This document shows positions 43,581 to 53,633 of a DNA stretch of 64,000 nt, in pieces. Each line of letters begins with the position of its first letter. Position 1 is the first letter of the stretch. Source of the stretch: Chlamydia trachomatis (GTDB lineage: Bacteria > Chlamydiota > Chlamydiia > Chlamydiales > 2-12-FULL-49-11); contig CAMAXK010000004.1 in the NCBI GenBank assembly GCA_945862365.1, positions 1,438 through 65,437 of the forward strand, read 5' to 3'. The notes beneath the pieces are model-generated. The model was not told the DNA's origin, made no database searches, and saw only the letters and a program-made list of their open reading frames with translations. Both the position numbers and the translations under genes were made by a program.

Positions 43581-45068
43581 ATGACTCCATTAAACATTAC
43601 CCATGTTACATCAGAATTCAACCCCCTGGCAAAGGCAGGTGGCCTTGCCGATGTTGTTCATGGTCTTGCAAAACAACAAGTACTAAATGGTAATAATGTA
43701 TCAGTTATTTTACCAAAATATGACCTAATCAACTTCACTCTTGTAAATCCTTTAGAGATCTACTTACAAGACTTATGGACCTACCAAGATAATAAAGCAA
43801 ATCAAAACATTGTATATAAAACTATCTATGAAGGAATAAACATATTTTTTATAGAGCCTAATAAGCAAAGAAATTATTTTAACCAGGGTGTTATTTACGG
43901 TGCAGAAAATGATGCTGAACGATTTCTTTACTTTTCAAGAGCAGCTGTAGAATTTTTAAATCATGAAAATCAACCTTTAAACATACTACATCTTCATGAT
44001 TGGCCTACAGCAGTAATTGCCCCTCTGATTAAATGTATGTTTAGGGGTCTTAGTGGAAGAATTAACTCCATTATCTTTACCATACACAATATAGAGCATC
44101 AAGGGAGAATTCATCCAAATGAGCTCTCTAGAATTGGGCTATATGGGGCAAATTTATTGACTGATCCAAACAAGCCAGAGTATCTAAATCTAATGAAAGG
44201 TGGCATTGCCTATGCTGATAAAGTAACCACAGTTTCACCCACCTATGCTAAAGAAATTAAAACACCTGAGTTTAGCTTCGGCCTTGATAAAACAATAGAT
44301 CAGTATAAGGATAAACTATTTGGAGTAATTAATGGAATTGAACAAGAATCATGGAATCCGGCAACAGACCCACATCTTTTTGAACCTTTCCCATCAAATG
44401 GCACCTACATACAAGATATTCTTAGAAAAAAAGACCTGAACAAACAAGCCTTATTTAAAGAGCTTGGAATGAACCCATCAAATGGCGGACCTTTGGTCAT
44501 TTGCATCACAAGACTTGCCAGCCAAAAAGGTCCCGAGCTCATTTTAAAAGCGATCTCTCTAATCACAAGAAAAGGGGGCTGCTTTATACTTCTTGGAAGT
44601 ATTTGTGAAAAAAACTTAGAAAAACCCTTTAACCAAGCAAAAGAGGAGTTTAAAAATAACCCAAACGTCTTTCTTTGCTATCAATTTGACAATGGTTTGG
44701 CTCATAAACTCTTTGCAGCAGCCGATGCCATCTTTATCCCCTCAAAATTTGAACCATGCGGCCTTACCCAAATGATTGCTATGCATTATGGTACCATTCC
44801 GATTGCGCGAAATACCGGTGGATTAAAAGATACCATCAATGATAGCACCTCAAAAGATCCTTCTGGGTTTTTATTTGATGAACTTTCAGAAGTAGGGGTA
44901 GATAAGATTCTTGATACAGCATTTAACCTCTACTTTTATGATAAAGCCAAATGGCAAACAATGATCCAAAACGGGATAGGGAAGGACTATAGTTGGAAAC
45001 TGCCCTCTATCTCGTATGAACATATCTATAGAAACGAAGTTTTAAAGCAACAATGTAGCAGAAATTAG
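43581..45068 (+). CDS. glgA: glycogen synthase (GT5)
   Basis: 495 aa. ..SEFNPLAKAGGLADVV.. (K-x-G-G-L motif) and a C-terminal ..PSKFEPCGL.QM.A..YGT.P.. Confidence 0.9.
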   Translation: MTPLNITHVTSEFNPLAKAGGLADVVHGLAKQQVLNGNNVSVILPKYDLINFTLVNPLEIYLQDLWTYQDNKANQNIVYKTIYEGINIFFIEPNKQRNYFNQGVIYGAENDAERFLYFSRAAVEFLNHENQPLNILHLHDWPTAVIAPLIKCMFRGLSGRINSIIFTIHNIEHQGRIHPNELSRIGLYGANLLTDPNKPEYLNLMKGGIAYADKVTTVSPTYAKEIKTPEFSFGLDKTIDQYKDKLFGVINGIEQESWNPATDPHLFEPFPSNGTYIQDILRKKDLNKQALFKELGMNPSNGGPLVICITRLASQKGPELILKAISLITRKGGCFILLGSICEKNLEKPFNQAKEEFKNNPNVFLCYQFDNGLAHKLFAAADAIFIPSKFEPCGLTQMIAMHYGTIPIARNTGGLKDTINDSTSKDPSGFLFDELSEVGVDKILDTAFNLYFYDKAKWQTMIQNGIGKDYSWKLPSISYEHIYRNEVLKQQCSRN

Positions 45069-47972
45069 CTTATATGGGATCATAAGTAATCCTACTCTAT
45101 TTTTACTAAGTGCAGCATCATCGGTATTTACACGCACCTTTTCAAAAAAAGTTTCAAGAGGTGCTACAAGCTCGGTTAATGAATGGAAAGCCTTTTCAAA
45201 ATGCCCCTCTTTAAGATCAATAGGAAAAGAGTGCTGCAAATTTTTCACTAAGTTATAAAGAGTTTTCTCCTCACCTTCGACTAAAAGATGTTCACTAAAT
45301 GAGCTCTCTTTTACATGACTTACAGATCCTTTCACCCGCTTATACACTTCTAGTAATCTTGTAAACGCAACTGTTTCACTCTTTATTCGAGAAATTGCCT
45401 TTACGCAAGTAAAGATTTTATAGGGATCAAAACTATCATAAATACCACACATTTCAATTGACTCTGCATCAAATCCAAAGTCTTTTAAAAGAGCCTTCAT
45501 TCGGGCAATAATAAATAAGGCAACAGTTTCTTCCCCGGTAACCACTCTAAGATCAAAAAAGAGCTTATTTTCGATCAAAATACGATTTATTCCGATAGCA
45601 GCCCGTCTTAAGGCATAAGGATCTTTTGACGAGGTAGGCACCAATCCAATTCCCATATAGCTCATTAAATGATCCATTCTATCAGCAAGGGCTACAACAA
45701 TCCCAGATGCACTTAAAGGTAATTCTTTCCCCTCTCCAATAGGAAGATAACTCTCCTCAATACCATTTGCCACCTCTTGATTTTCACCAAATCGTAGCGC
45801 ATAATATTTACCCATAGTCCCTTGCAGTTCAGGAAACTCATAGACAACATCTGATACTAAATCAGCCTTACAGTATAAAGCTGCTTTTTTTTCATAGGTT
45901 AAATCTAAAGCGCTTGCAATCTTGTCTGACAAACTACAAATTCTCTCCACTTTATTGTAAATAGAACCAAGTTGAGGATGAAGTGTCACCTGTGATAATT
46001 TTTTATTCCACTCTTCAAAAGATTTATGTAAATCTTTCTCGTATAAAAATAATCCATCAGAAAGCCTTGCTCTTAAGACCCCTTCATTATTTGAAACAAT
46101 CAAACTAGTAGGCTTTTTATCTACTGCCACAATAAACTTTGTAGAAATTTTTCCATCACTATTTCTCATAGGCCAATATTTCTGATGATCAATCATTTCA
46201 GAAAAAATTAGCTCTTCTGGAAGGTAGAGAAATTTTTCATCAAATACACCCACACCTAAGATCGGATTTTCACTTAAAAACAACACCTGAGCGGTTACCT
46301 TTTCTCGGTGAACAACTAGGCAGTGATGGTACTTCTCTAAGGCATCTAATTGGCTATCGATAGACTCTTTTCTTTCAGAAATGCTTGCTAAAACAAGCCC
46401 CTTTTTAAGAGTTGATTGATATTCCGATGGTTTAGTAATTAGCGCAGTTTTTCCATCCATCTGTGCGTTTAACCATACTTTGTTAGAGGATCTAACCCCC
46501 TCAATTTCAAGATCAATTACTTGCTTATCTAAAAGAACAACTAAAGAGGTAATTGGTCTTGAAAATAAAAAGCCCTCCTGCCCCCAGCGCATCTTTTTAG
46601 GAAAACGTATGGCTAAAATCAATGCCTTTAAATTCTCTTGTAACAGACTTCCTACAAATACTCTCTCCTTAGTCAATTTAAAGATCAGCCTACCATCTAC
46701 AACATCAATTCTATCCTCAAATTCAAGTTGTTTTTTTGAAGTAATAGTAAGTCCGACTGATTTAAAAAACCCTTCTCCTTGTTTTGTAACAGCCCCTGAT
46801 TCATCAAAAGCCATCGACTCAGAAGGCCCTTTCTTTTCCTCAATAAATTCTTTGGTATAGGTTTCAAGATTCAAAATATAAACCGCTAATCGCCTTGGAG
46901 TTGCAAACACCTCTAAAGATTCATACCCAATTTTTTGAGCCGTTAAAAACTCTTTAATCGTTGATTCTAACGAGGCAATAGCCATCGAAATTCCATTTGC
47001 CGGCAAATGTTCTGTTCCAACCTCTAAGAGAAAATCAGCCCTCTCTTTTGAGATTTCAGAAGGAGTCACTAACTTTTCTTCCCCTTTTGACCTACTTTTA
47101 CCAAGTAAAGAAAAGCCTGTTTTTTTTCTATGCTCAATGTAACTTTCAGCAGCTCCGCAGCAAAGTTCCCTTACTCTATGAATCATCGAAACTCTTGCCG
47201 TTGTTGAAATAGCACCCCTTGCATCTAGCATATTAAAGCAATGAGATGCCTCTACAGCCATATCATAGGCAGGAATCGGTAATTCTAAATCAAGAAGACG
47301 CTTAGACTCTGCCTCACATGCCTCAAACTTTTTCTCCCACATAGAAACATTTGCTTCTTCAAAGTTATATCTACTGTACTGAACTTCGGCATCTAAAAAA
47401 ACATCGCCATAAGTTAATGTCTGATTATAAGCTAAATCGTACACATTGGTTTGCTTCTGTAAAAACAGAGCAATTCTTTCAATACCATAGGCAAGCTCTG
47501 CTGGTATTTCAGTTAAGGCCACACCACCAATTTGTTGAAAATAGGTAAACTGGGTAATTTCCATCCCATCACACCAAACTTCCCAACCAAGGCCACTTGC
47601 CCCTTGGGTTGGAGATTCCCAATCATCATGAACAAACCGAATATCGTGATTTTCTAACTTAAACCCAATTGCCTCAAGAGATTCTAAATAAAGCTGTTGC
47701 ATATTTGAAGGCGTGGGTTTGATCATCACTTGAAATTGATGAAAGCGCTGTAATCTATTTGGATTTTTTCCATACCTACCATCTGTAGGTCTTCTTGAAA
47801 TTTCAACGTTGCAAACGCTATAAGGCTCAGGTCCTAGAGCTCTTAAAAATGTCTCTGGATTAAAGGTTCCAGCACCGGTTTGCAAGTCGTGGCTTTGTTG
47901 TAAAATACAATTTTTACTCGCCCAAAAATTCTGAAGATTTAATATAATATCTTGAAATGTTTTCATACCCAA
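45042..47972 (-). CDS. glyQS: glycine--tRNA ligase, fused alpha-beta chains
   Basis: 976 aa. The N-terminal roughly 290 aa are GlyQ-like (..FQDIILNLQNFWA...C...Q.......GAGTFNP.TFLR.LGPEP..). The remainder is GlyS-like. A single-ORF fusion, as in Chlamydiae. Confidence 0.9.
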   Translation of the reverse strand: MGMKTFQDIILNLQNFWASKNCILQQSHDLQTGAGTFNPETFLRALGPEPYSVCNVEISRRPTDGRYGKNPNRLQRFHQFQVMIKPTPSNMQQLYLESLEAIGFKLENHDIRFVHDDWESPTQGASGLGWEVWCDGMEITQFTYFQQIGGVALTEIPAELAYGIERIALFLQKQTNVYDLAYNQTLTYGDVFLDAEVQYSRYNFEEANVSMWEKKFEACEAESKRLLDLELPIPAYDMAVEASHCFNMLDARGAISTTARVSMIHRVRELCCGAAESYIEHRKKTGFSLLGKSRSKGEEKLVTPSEISKERADFLLEVGTEHLPANGISMAIASLESTIKEFLTAQKIGYESLEVFATPRRLAVYILNLETYTKEFIEEKKGPSESMAFDESGAVTKQGEGFFKSVGLTITSKKQLEFEDRIDVVDGRLIFKLTKERVFVGSLLQENLKALILAIRFPKKMRWGQEGFLFSRPITSLVVLLDKQVIDLEIEGVRSSNKVWLNAQMDGKTALITKPSEYQSTLKKGLVLASISERKESIDSQLDALEKYHHCLVVHREKVTAQVLFLSENPILGVGVFDEKFLYLPEELIFSEMIDHQKYWPMRNSDGKISTKFIVAVDKKPTSLIVSNNEGVLRARLSDGLFLYEKDLHKSFEEWNKKLSQVTLHPQLGSIYNKVERICSLSDKIASALDLTYEKKAALYCKADLVSDVVYEFPELQGTMGKYYALRFGENQEVANGIEESYLPIGEGKELPLSASGIVVALADRMDHLMSYMGIGLVPTSSKDPYALRRAAIGINRILIENKLFFDLRVVTGEETVALFIIARMKALLKDFGFDAESIEMCGIYDSFDPYKIFTCVKAISRIKSETVAFTRLLEVYKRVKGSVSHVKESSFSEHLLVEGEEKTLYNLVKNLQHSFPIDLKEGHFEKAFHSLTELVAPLETFFEKVRVNTDDAALSKNRVGLLMIPYKLISATLLL

Positions 47973-48076
47973 AAATTATCCTTTATCTTGAAAAAAAGAT
48001 CAAGATGAATATCTACACACGAACCTTGAAATTAAACCCAAAGGGATTTATAATTGAGTAAAAACCCTTTTTTAAC

Positions 48077-48676
48077 ATGTATCAACAAACACCATTAATC
48101 ATTACACTTAGCCGCATCGCTCTTTGTCCAGTATTTCTTGTAATATACTTATTTTATGAAAAAATGAATATTCCATTAGTGGTACTGCCCTACATCCTGT
48201 TAGTACTTGTGATCATATTAGAATTAACCGACATCTTTGATGGGATCATTGCCAGAAAGCGTAACCTTGTGACAAACCTTGGGAAAATTGTAGACCCCAT
48301 GGCAGATTGTATTGTTAGACTATCTGTGCTTTTAACCTTTACTCAAGGACTAATTAAGCTCCCTATGCTTTTATGCCTACTTTTTGTCTTTAGAGAAATT
48401 ATCATAAGCACCTTAAGAACCCTTTGCGCACTAAATGGTCATGCCCTAGCTGCCCGATTATCTGGCAAATTAAAGGCTATTTTCCAAGCAACTTCCATCA
48501 TATTCATTATTTTGCTAATGATCCCTTATTCTTTAGGGTTCATTTCTTTAGATACTCTTCAAACAATCTCATTATGGACAATAGTACTTAATGCAGTATA
48601 CACAATCTTTTCAGGCCTTGAATATCTCTATGTTCATAGAAATGATATCAAAGCCTCTATCAGACCCCTTGCATAA
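48077..48676 (+). CDS. pgsA: CDP-diacylglycerol--glycerol-3-phosphate 3-phosphatidyltransferase
   Basis: 199 aa. CDP-alcohol phosphatidyltransferase motif ..DIFDGIIARK.....LGKIVDPMADC.. Confidence 0.85.
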   Translation: MYQQTPLIITLSRIALCPVFLVIYLFYEKMNIPLVVLPYILLVLVIILELTDIFDGIIARKRNLVTNLGKIVDPMADCIVRLSVLLTFTQGLIKLPMLLCLLFVFREIIISTLRTLCALNGHALAARLSGKLKAIFQATSIIFIILLMIPYSLGFISLDTLQTISLWTIVLNAVYTIFSGLEYLYVHRNDIKASIRPLA

Positions 48677-48677
48677 C

Positions 48678-49025
48678 TCAAGATTTCTTTTGAAATAGTT
48701 TTAATGTTAACGACCATAGGGAAATAAATGGAATTAACATAAAGCCTGGAACATATGAAAATATCCCGATCATTTTCCACGCCCCACCCATAAGCCAAAA
48801 AGGTCTTAACATTGCATTTCCTCTCATCCAAACTTTTTGCCCCTCAAGAATCACCATTTTGGATTTTTTATTGCGCATAAAGGCATAATTGCCTTGAAAT
48901 ATTAACTTTGCCTTTTTACCATCTAAAGATGACATAGTGTAAATTTTTTTATACTCGGCCTTATCTAACATATTTACCACTTGTTTGCATGCAGGGCAGC
49001 TTGTATCGTAAAACAATCGTCTCAT
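48678..49025 (-). CDS. thiol-disulfide oxidoreductase DCC family (DUF393)-like protein
   Basis: 115 aa. N-terminal ..LFYDTSCPACKQVVNML.. resembles the YDGxCxxC opening of DCC proteins. 4-nt overlap with the dnaG stop. Confidence 0.55.
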   Translation of the reverse strand: MRRLFYDTSCPACKQVVNMLDKAEYKKIYTMSSLDGKKAKLIFQGNYAFMRNKKSKMVILEGQKVWMRGNAMLRPFWLMGGAWKMIGIFSYVPGFMLIPFISLWSLTLKLFQKKS

Positions 49026-50779
49026 TTTCTCTCCATAATAGTTATCTTATTTTTTTTAACACGGTCAAATTCTTTTGCCAAAGCAAACATCTGCTCTTCT
49101 GTATGATTTCCTTCTTGAATTTTAGCCTTAATCTCATCACATTTTTTCAACCATTCTCGATCTAGAATTTTTTGACAAAGTAGCTTAATCCCTTCTCTTG
49201 CCTTCAGGGTATTCATCCTTTTACCTTTCACCTCTTCTAAAAAGAAAAGCTGTTCTTGACTTAATGAAATACCTAGATGAAGGGTGTCAATTTTTTCAGA
49301 AGCTAGATGTAGTTTTTTAGCAACGGTAAATACTTCAATAACTTTTGGATCATGAAGGTATTCAATCTCAATATTATCCATCATTAAATCAAGGAGCTCC
49401 TTTTCTTCGGTAAGTAAAAGCCATCTGATCAGATCCTGCTCTAGTACATCCTTTTTTAGATCAAGCACAGTTTTTTGTACCCTCACTTTTTGAACAGGAG
49501 GAGGTGGTGTGGAGGTAACAATATATTGACCTGGTACACCCATTAACCGAGCAAGAGCCTTTTCTCCTTCATGAATCATTATAGGATGCTTCCATTCAGC
49601 TATCATTTTTTTTACCTCTGAGACTACTGCATTTTTTCCCGCAGGGGAATCAGCTTTACCTCCTAAAGAGAGCATCTCTAATAAAAAAGGGAGATAGCCC
49701 TGTTTTTGCTGCATTAACTTTTCAAAGGCAACTTTTCCATGCTCAAGCAAAAAGGTATCTGGATCTTCACCCTTTGCAAAACGGCATATAGAGACATTTG
49801 CCCCCTCCTTCTGAAAAAGTTGACCCACCTTCATTGCAGATTTATCCCCAGCTTCGTCCCCATCAAAACAAATAATGATCTCATTTGCCCCAAGTTTCAT
49901 CAATTCCTGCACATGGTCTACTCCAAAAGCGGTCCCTTGTGAGGCCACTGTATAATCAAATCCTTCAAAAATTAAACGAAGAGCATCAATTTGCCCTTCC
50001 ACAATAATCACTTTCCCGTCTTTAGCTATCCTTCTTCTACTATAATTTAGACCAAATAAGGTTTTTGATTTTTTAAACACCTCTGTCTCTTTGGTATTGA
50101 TATACTTTCCCCCAAAGACATTTTCATTGATCTTTCTTCCAGAAAATCCAATCGCCTGACCCACCCCATTGTGAATAGGGAACATAATTCTTTCTGCAAA
50201 AAATGGGCGTTTTACACCTTCTGTTAAAATACCTGCAAGAACAAGGAGATCTTCAGAAAAATGCTCACTTTTATAAAAAGCCTTTTGAAACTTTTCCTCT
50301 TTTGGAGCATAACCAATCATAAATTGTTTAATAAAATCCTCAGATAAGCCCCGTTTAAAAAGATATTCTAATGCAGATTTACCTTCCTCACTATGCAAAA
50401 GATGAAAATGGAAAAATTCAGCAATTTTTTGATTAATTCGATATAGATCTTTTTTATAATCAGAAGAGCTCTCTTTTACCCCAGTATATTCCAACTTAAT
50501 ATGGTACTTATCTGCTAAATACTCTACTGCCTCATTAAAGCTCACCCCTAAAAAATTCATTAAAAAGGCAACTGCATCGCCATGGGCTCCGCATCCAAAA
50601 CAATGGTAATGGCTATCTCCACCACTTACTGTAAACGAAGGGGTTTTTTCATTATGAAAAGGACAAAGGGCTTTAATTTTTCCCCCTACTTTCTTAAGCT
50701 CGATGTGAGAGCCTACTATTTCTGGTAGATCTATCCTTTCTCTTAATCTTTCTAAGCATTCTTTTGTCAATAGTGGCAT
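49022..50779 (-). CDS. dnaG: DNA primase
   Basis: Zinc finger ..CPFHNEKTPSFTVS....YHCFGCGAHGD.. TOPRIM ..IIVEGQIDAL.. and ..DGDEAG.. Start placed at the ATG at 50779 (MPLLTKECLERL..). The ORF track begins 12 codons earlier. Confidence 0.9.
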   Translation of the reverse strand: MPLLTKECLERLRERIDLPEIVGSHIELKKVGGKIKALCPFHNEKTPSFTVSGGDSHYHCFGCGAHGDAVAFLMNFLGVSFNEAVEYLADKYHIKLEYTGVKESSSDYKKDLYRINQKIAEFFHFHLLHSEEGKSALEYLFKRGLSEDFIKQFMIGYAPKEEKFQKAFYKSEHFSEDLLVLAGILTEGVKRPFFAERIMFPIHNGVGQAIGFSGRKINENVFGGKYINTKETEVFKKSKTLFGLNYSRRRIAKDGKVIIVEGQIDALRLIFEGFDYTVASQGTAFGVDHVQELMKLGANEIIICFDGDEAGDKSAMKVGQLFQKEGANVSICRFAKGEDPDTFLLEHGKVAFEKLMQQKQGYLPFLLEMLSLGGKADSPAGKNAVVSEVKKMIAEWKHPIMIHEGEKALARLMGVPGQYIVTSTPPPPVQKVRVQKTVLDLKKDVLEQDLIRWLLLTEEKELLDLMMDNIEIEYLHDPKVIEVFTVAKKLHLASEKIDTLHLGISLSQEQLFFLEEVKGKRMNTLKAREGIKLLCQKILDREWLKKCDEIKAKIQEGNHTEEQMFALAKEFDRVKKNKITIMERK

Positions 50780-50844
50780 AGAGTCATTATAACAGAAAAA
50801 AAGAGTAAAGTCCATACGATTTTTCTTTAAGAAAAACTTACAAT

Positions 50845-51102
50845 TTGCTACTCTTAAGTCCTATGGGTACATTTAATTCAGAAGGTTTTACTAGATACGT
50901 TTATGCTGCAAATACAAATCCTTGCCTATTACAAAATCGAGTCTCCGATCGAAGCCATAACCCACTTTCAGTAGAGGAAATCATTGAGGAATTAAAAAAA
51001 ATTAATATCGATGATCTTGAAGCACTTCAAAAATGGGTAAAAAAAACCATTGAACATTCTGAGAGTCAAAAAAAAGCAGCAAAAGCATTTCAAGGCGCAT
51101 GA
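50845..51102 (+). CDS. small hypothetical protein upstream of mutS
   Basis: 85 aa from a TTG start (ATG alternative at 50863). Its stop overlaps the mutS start (ATGA). No motif. Coding status is uncertain. Confidence 0.35.
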   Translation: MLLLSPMGTFNSEGFTRYVYAANTNPCLLQNRVSDRSHNPLSVEEIIEELKKINIDDLEALQKWVKKTIEHSESQKKAAKAFQGA

Positions 51103-53633
51103 AAGAGACGGTAAAAGAACTCACTCCAATGATGAAACAATGGCAATCTTGTAAAAAAGATGCCGGATCTTCCCTATTACTTTTTAGATTAGGCGATTTT
51201 TACGAATGCTTTTTTGATGATGCTAAACTTCTTGCCGATACATTAATGATTACCCTTACCAAACGTGGAGAAACTCCCATGGCTGGGATCCCGGTAAGAT
51301 CTTTAGAAACCTACGTAGAAAAACTTATTGGCCGGGGACTATCGGTAGCCCTTGCTGAACAAACACAAAATGCAGAAGAGACAAATACCCTTGTAGAGAG
51401 AAAAGTTACCCGGGTTATTACCCCATCCACCTTTACCAGCAAAGCAGATCAAAATGCCGGTACAAATAATTTTTTACTCTCCATTTCTCATCTGAATAAA
51501 TCTTACGCTATTTCTTATACAGATACTTCCACCTCAGAGTTTTTCTTTTCAAGTTTTTCCACCTCGGGAGAAATGGTAGAGGAAATTCTTCGCATTTGCC
51601 CTAAAGAAATTCTTGTCAGTGCAGCACTTTTTTCAAAAGAAAAGTCCTTTATAGATAACATTACTTGTTTGATAAAAACTAAAATCATACCTATTGACCC
51701 ATTTTATTTTGACCATAAAGCAAGCCTTGATACACTTCATAAGTGTTTAAACGTTGCATCTCTTGATGGATTTGGTTTAAAGGGTGAAACAGCTGCGATC
51801 AATGCCTGTGGCGCTTTAGTCCTTTATCTTACCAATCATCTTTTTCTAGATGTAAGGTTTTTAAAAAACCTGGTAAAAAGAGATACATCAAGCTGCTTAA
51901 CTCTGGATCATTCTGCCTTATCTCATTTAGAGATTTTTTATAGTCCATCGGGCAAATCACTCTTTGAGGTAATTAATTTCACCAAAACTCCTATGGGAGA
52001 AAGATTACTAAAAACCTCCCTTCTCTACCCTCTTATTTGCAAAGATCAAATTCTTAAAAGACAAAATTGCATAAAGGAACTGCTTGAAAAGCAGGTGGAT
52101 TTATCTTCTTCTTTATCAGGAATTAAAGATATAGAACGTTTAATGACAAAGATTGCTGAAGGAAGAGCAAATCCTAATGATCTATTTCTTTTATCTACCT
52201 CATTGAATAAAATTTCTTACATCATAAAAGATCTCGGTGGCTCCCTTGGACCGTTTATCTCCTCTTTCCCTAAACTTCCTTTAGTGGATGCAATCTTACA
52301 AACTATTGTGATTGATGACTCAGAGTATTATATCGCCCCTTCAGTAAATGCAGAGCTTGATCGATTAAAAAGTCTTGAAAAAGGTTCTTCTGCCCATTTG
52401 CAAGCTTATGAAGAACGCCTTCGTGAAGAGCTTGATATTAAAACATTAAAAGTAGGCCATTCTCGATCCTTTGGATATTATATTGAGGTATCGAAAAAAT
52501 CCACCCATCTTGTTCCACAAACCTTTATCAGAAAACAAACAGTAGTAAATGGAGAGCGCTTTGTTACACAAGAGCTTCAAAAGTTGGAAAATGAGATCCT
52601 TTCGGCAAAAGATGGTGCTTTAAAACTGGAGCGGGAAATCTTTGAGGATCTTGTAAATCTTTGTATAGGACATCAAAGAGATATTTTAAAAGCTTCAAGT
52701 CTTATTGCAAAAATCGATCTTATCCACTCTCTTAAAACTGTTGCCTTATCTAGAGGTTATATTTGCCCTACAATTTCAGAAGGTAGCGAAATTGCAATTA
52801 CAGAGGGGGCTCACCCTGTATTGCTAAAAATGATGAAGCAAGAACGATTTATCCCTAACGATATCTTTTTATCTGATGAAAAGTCTCTTGCGGTGTTAAC
52901 AGGTCCTAATATGGCTGGTAAATCTACTTACATAAAATCTGTGGCTCTACTTGTTCTTTTAACACAAATTGGATCTTTTATTCCTGCAAAATCAGCATCC
53001 GTTGCTATTGTTGATAAAATTTTTACACGCATTGGTGCTATGGATGATCTAGGCCGTGGCCAATCCACCTTTATGGTTGAGATGACAGAAACCGCCTGCA
53101 TCTTACGTAATGCCACAAAAAATTCATTAATTATCCTTGATGAAATTGGCCGAGGTACCAGCACCTATGATGGAATTGCTCTTGCAAAAAGTATTGCTAC
53201 CTACATTGCAAAAGAAGTGGGAGCAAAAACCTTATTTGCCACTCACTATTTGGAATTGACAGATCTAGCCGATACCACCCCTACTATTAAAAATATCCGC
53301 TCGACCGCTTTTGAAAAAGATGAAAAAATCACCTTTTTACATAAAATTGAAGAGGGAAAAGCAGATCAAAGTTATGGGATATTTGTAGGTCAACTTGCAG
53401 GTCTTCCTCGAAGAGTGATCCTTGATGCGACAGATCACCTAAAAAATCTATCCATGGGAAAAAATCCACCTCCATCTTCTTCCTTGAAAAAAACGCCCCC
53501 TGCCCAATATACTTTGTTTTGTGAAGAGGAAAAAGAGCCCCTTAAAAAAGAGCTTGAAGCGCTAGATCTAAATAATATGACCCCTTTTCAAGCTTTAGAA
53601 AAGCTCATTCAATGGAAAAAAAATCATCCGTAG
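51099..53633 (+). CDS. mutS: DNA mismatch repair protein MutS
   Basis: 844 aa. ..TPMMKQW......D..L.FRLGDFYE.F.DDA.., Walker A ..GPNMAGKST.., ..DEIGRGTSTYDG.. Confidence 0.95.
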   Translation: MKETVKELTPMMKQWQSCKKDAGSSLLLFRLGDFYECFFDDAKLLADTLMITLTKRGETPMAGIPVRSLETYVEKLIGRGLSVALAEQTQNAEETNTLVERKVTRVITPSTFTSKADQNAGTNNFLLSISHLNKSYAISYTDTSTSEFFFSSFSTSGEMVEEILRICPKEILVSAALFSKEKSFIDNITCLIKTKIIPIDPFYFDHKASLDTLHKCLNVASLDGFGLKGETAAINACGALVLYLTNHLFLDVRFLKNLVKRDTSSCLTLDHSALSHLEIFYSPSGKSLFEVINFTKTPMGERLLKTSLLYPLICKDQILKRQNCIKELLEKQVDLSSSLSGIKDIERLMTKIAEGRANPNDLFLLSTSLNKISYIIKDLGGSLGPFISSFPKLPLVDAILQTIVIDDSEYYIAPSVNAELDRLKSLEKGSSAHLQAYEERLREELDIKTLKVGHSRSFGYYIEVSKKSTHLVPQTFIRKQTVVNGERFVTQELQKLENEILSAKDGALKLEREIFEDLVNLCIGHQRDILKASSLIAKIDLIHSLKTVALSRGYICPTISEGSEIAITEGAHPVLLKMMKQERFIPNDIFLSDEKSLAVLTGPNMAGKSTYIKSVALLVLLTQIGSFIPAKSASVAIVDKIFTRIGAMDDLGRGQSTFMVEMTETACILRNATKNSLIILDEIGRGTSTYDGIALAKSIATYIAKEVGAKTLFATHYLELTDLADTTPTIKNIRSTAFEKDEKITFLHKIEEGKADQSYGIFVGQLAGLPRRVILDATDHLKNLSMGKNPPPSSSLKKTPPAQYTLFCEEEKEPLKKELEALDLNNMTPFQALEKLIQWKKNHP

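Noticed and set aside
46480-46860. 126-aa plus-strand ORF inside glyQS
   Set aside because: It is antisense to a strongly supported aminoacyl-tRNA synthetase gene.
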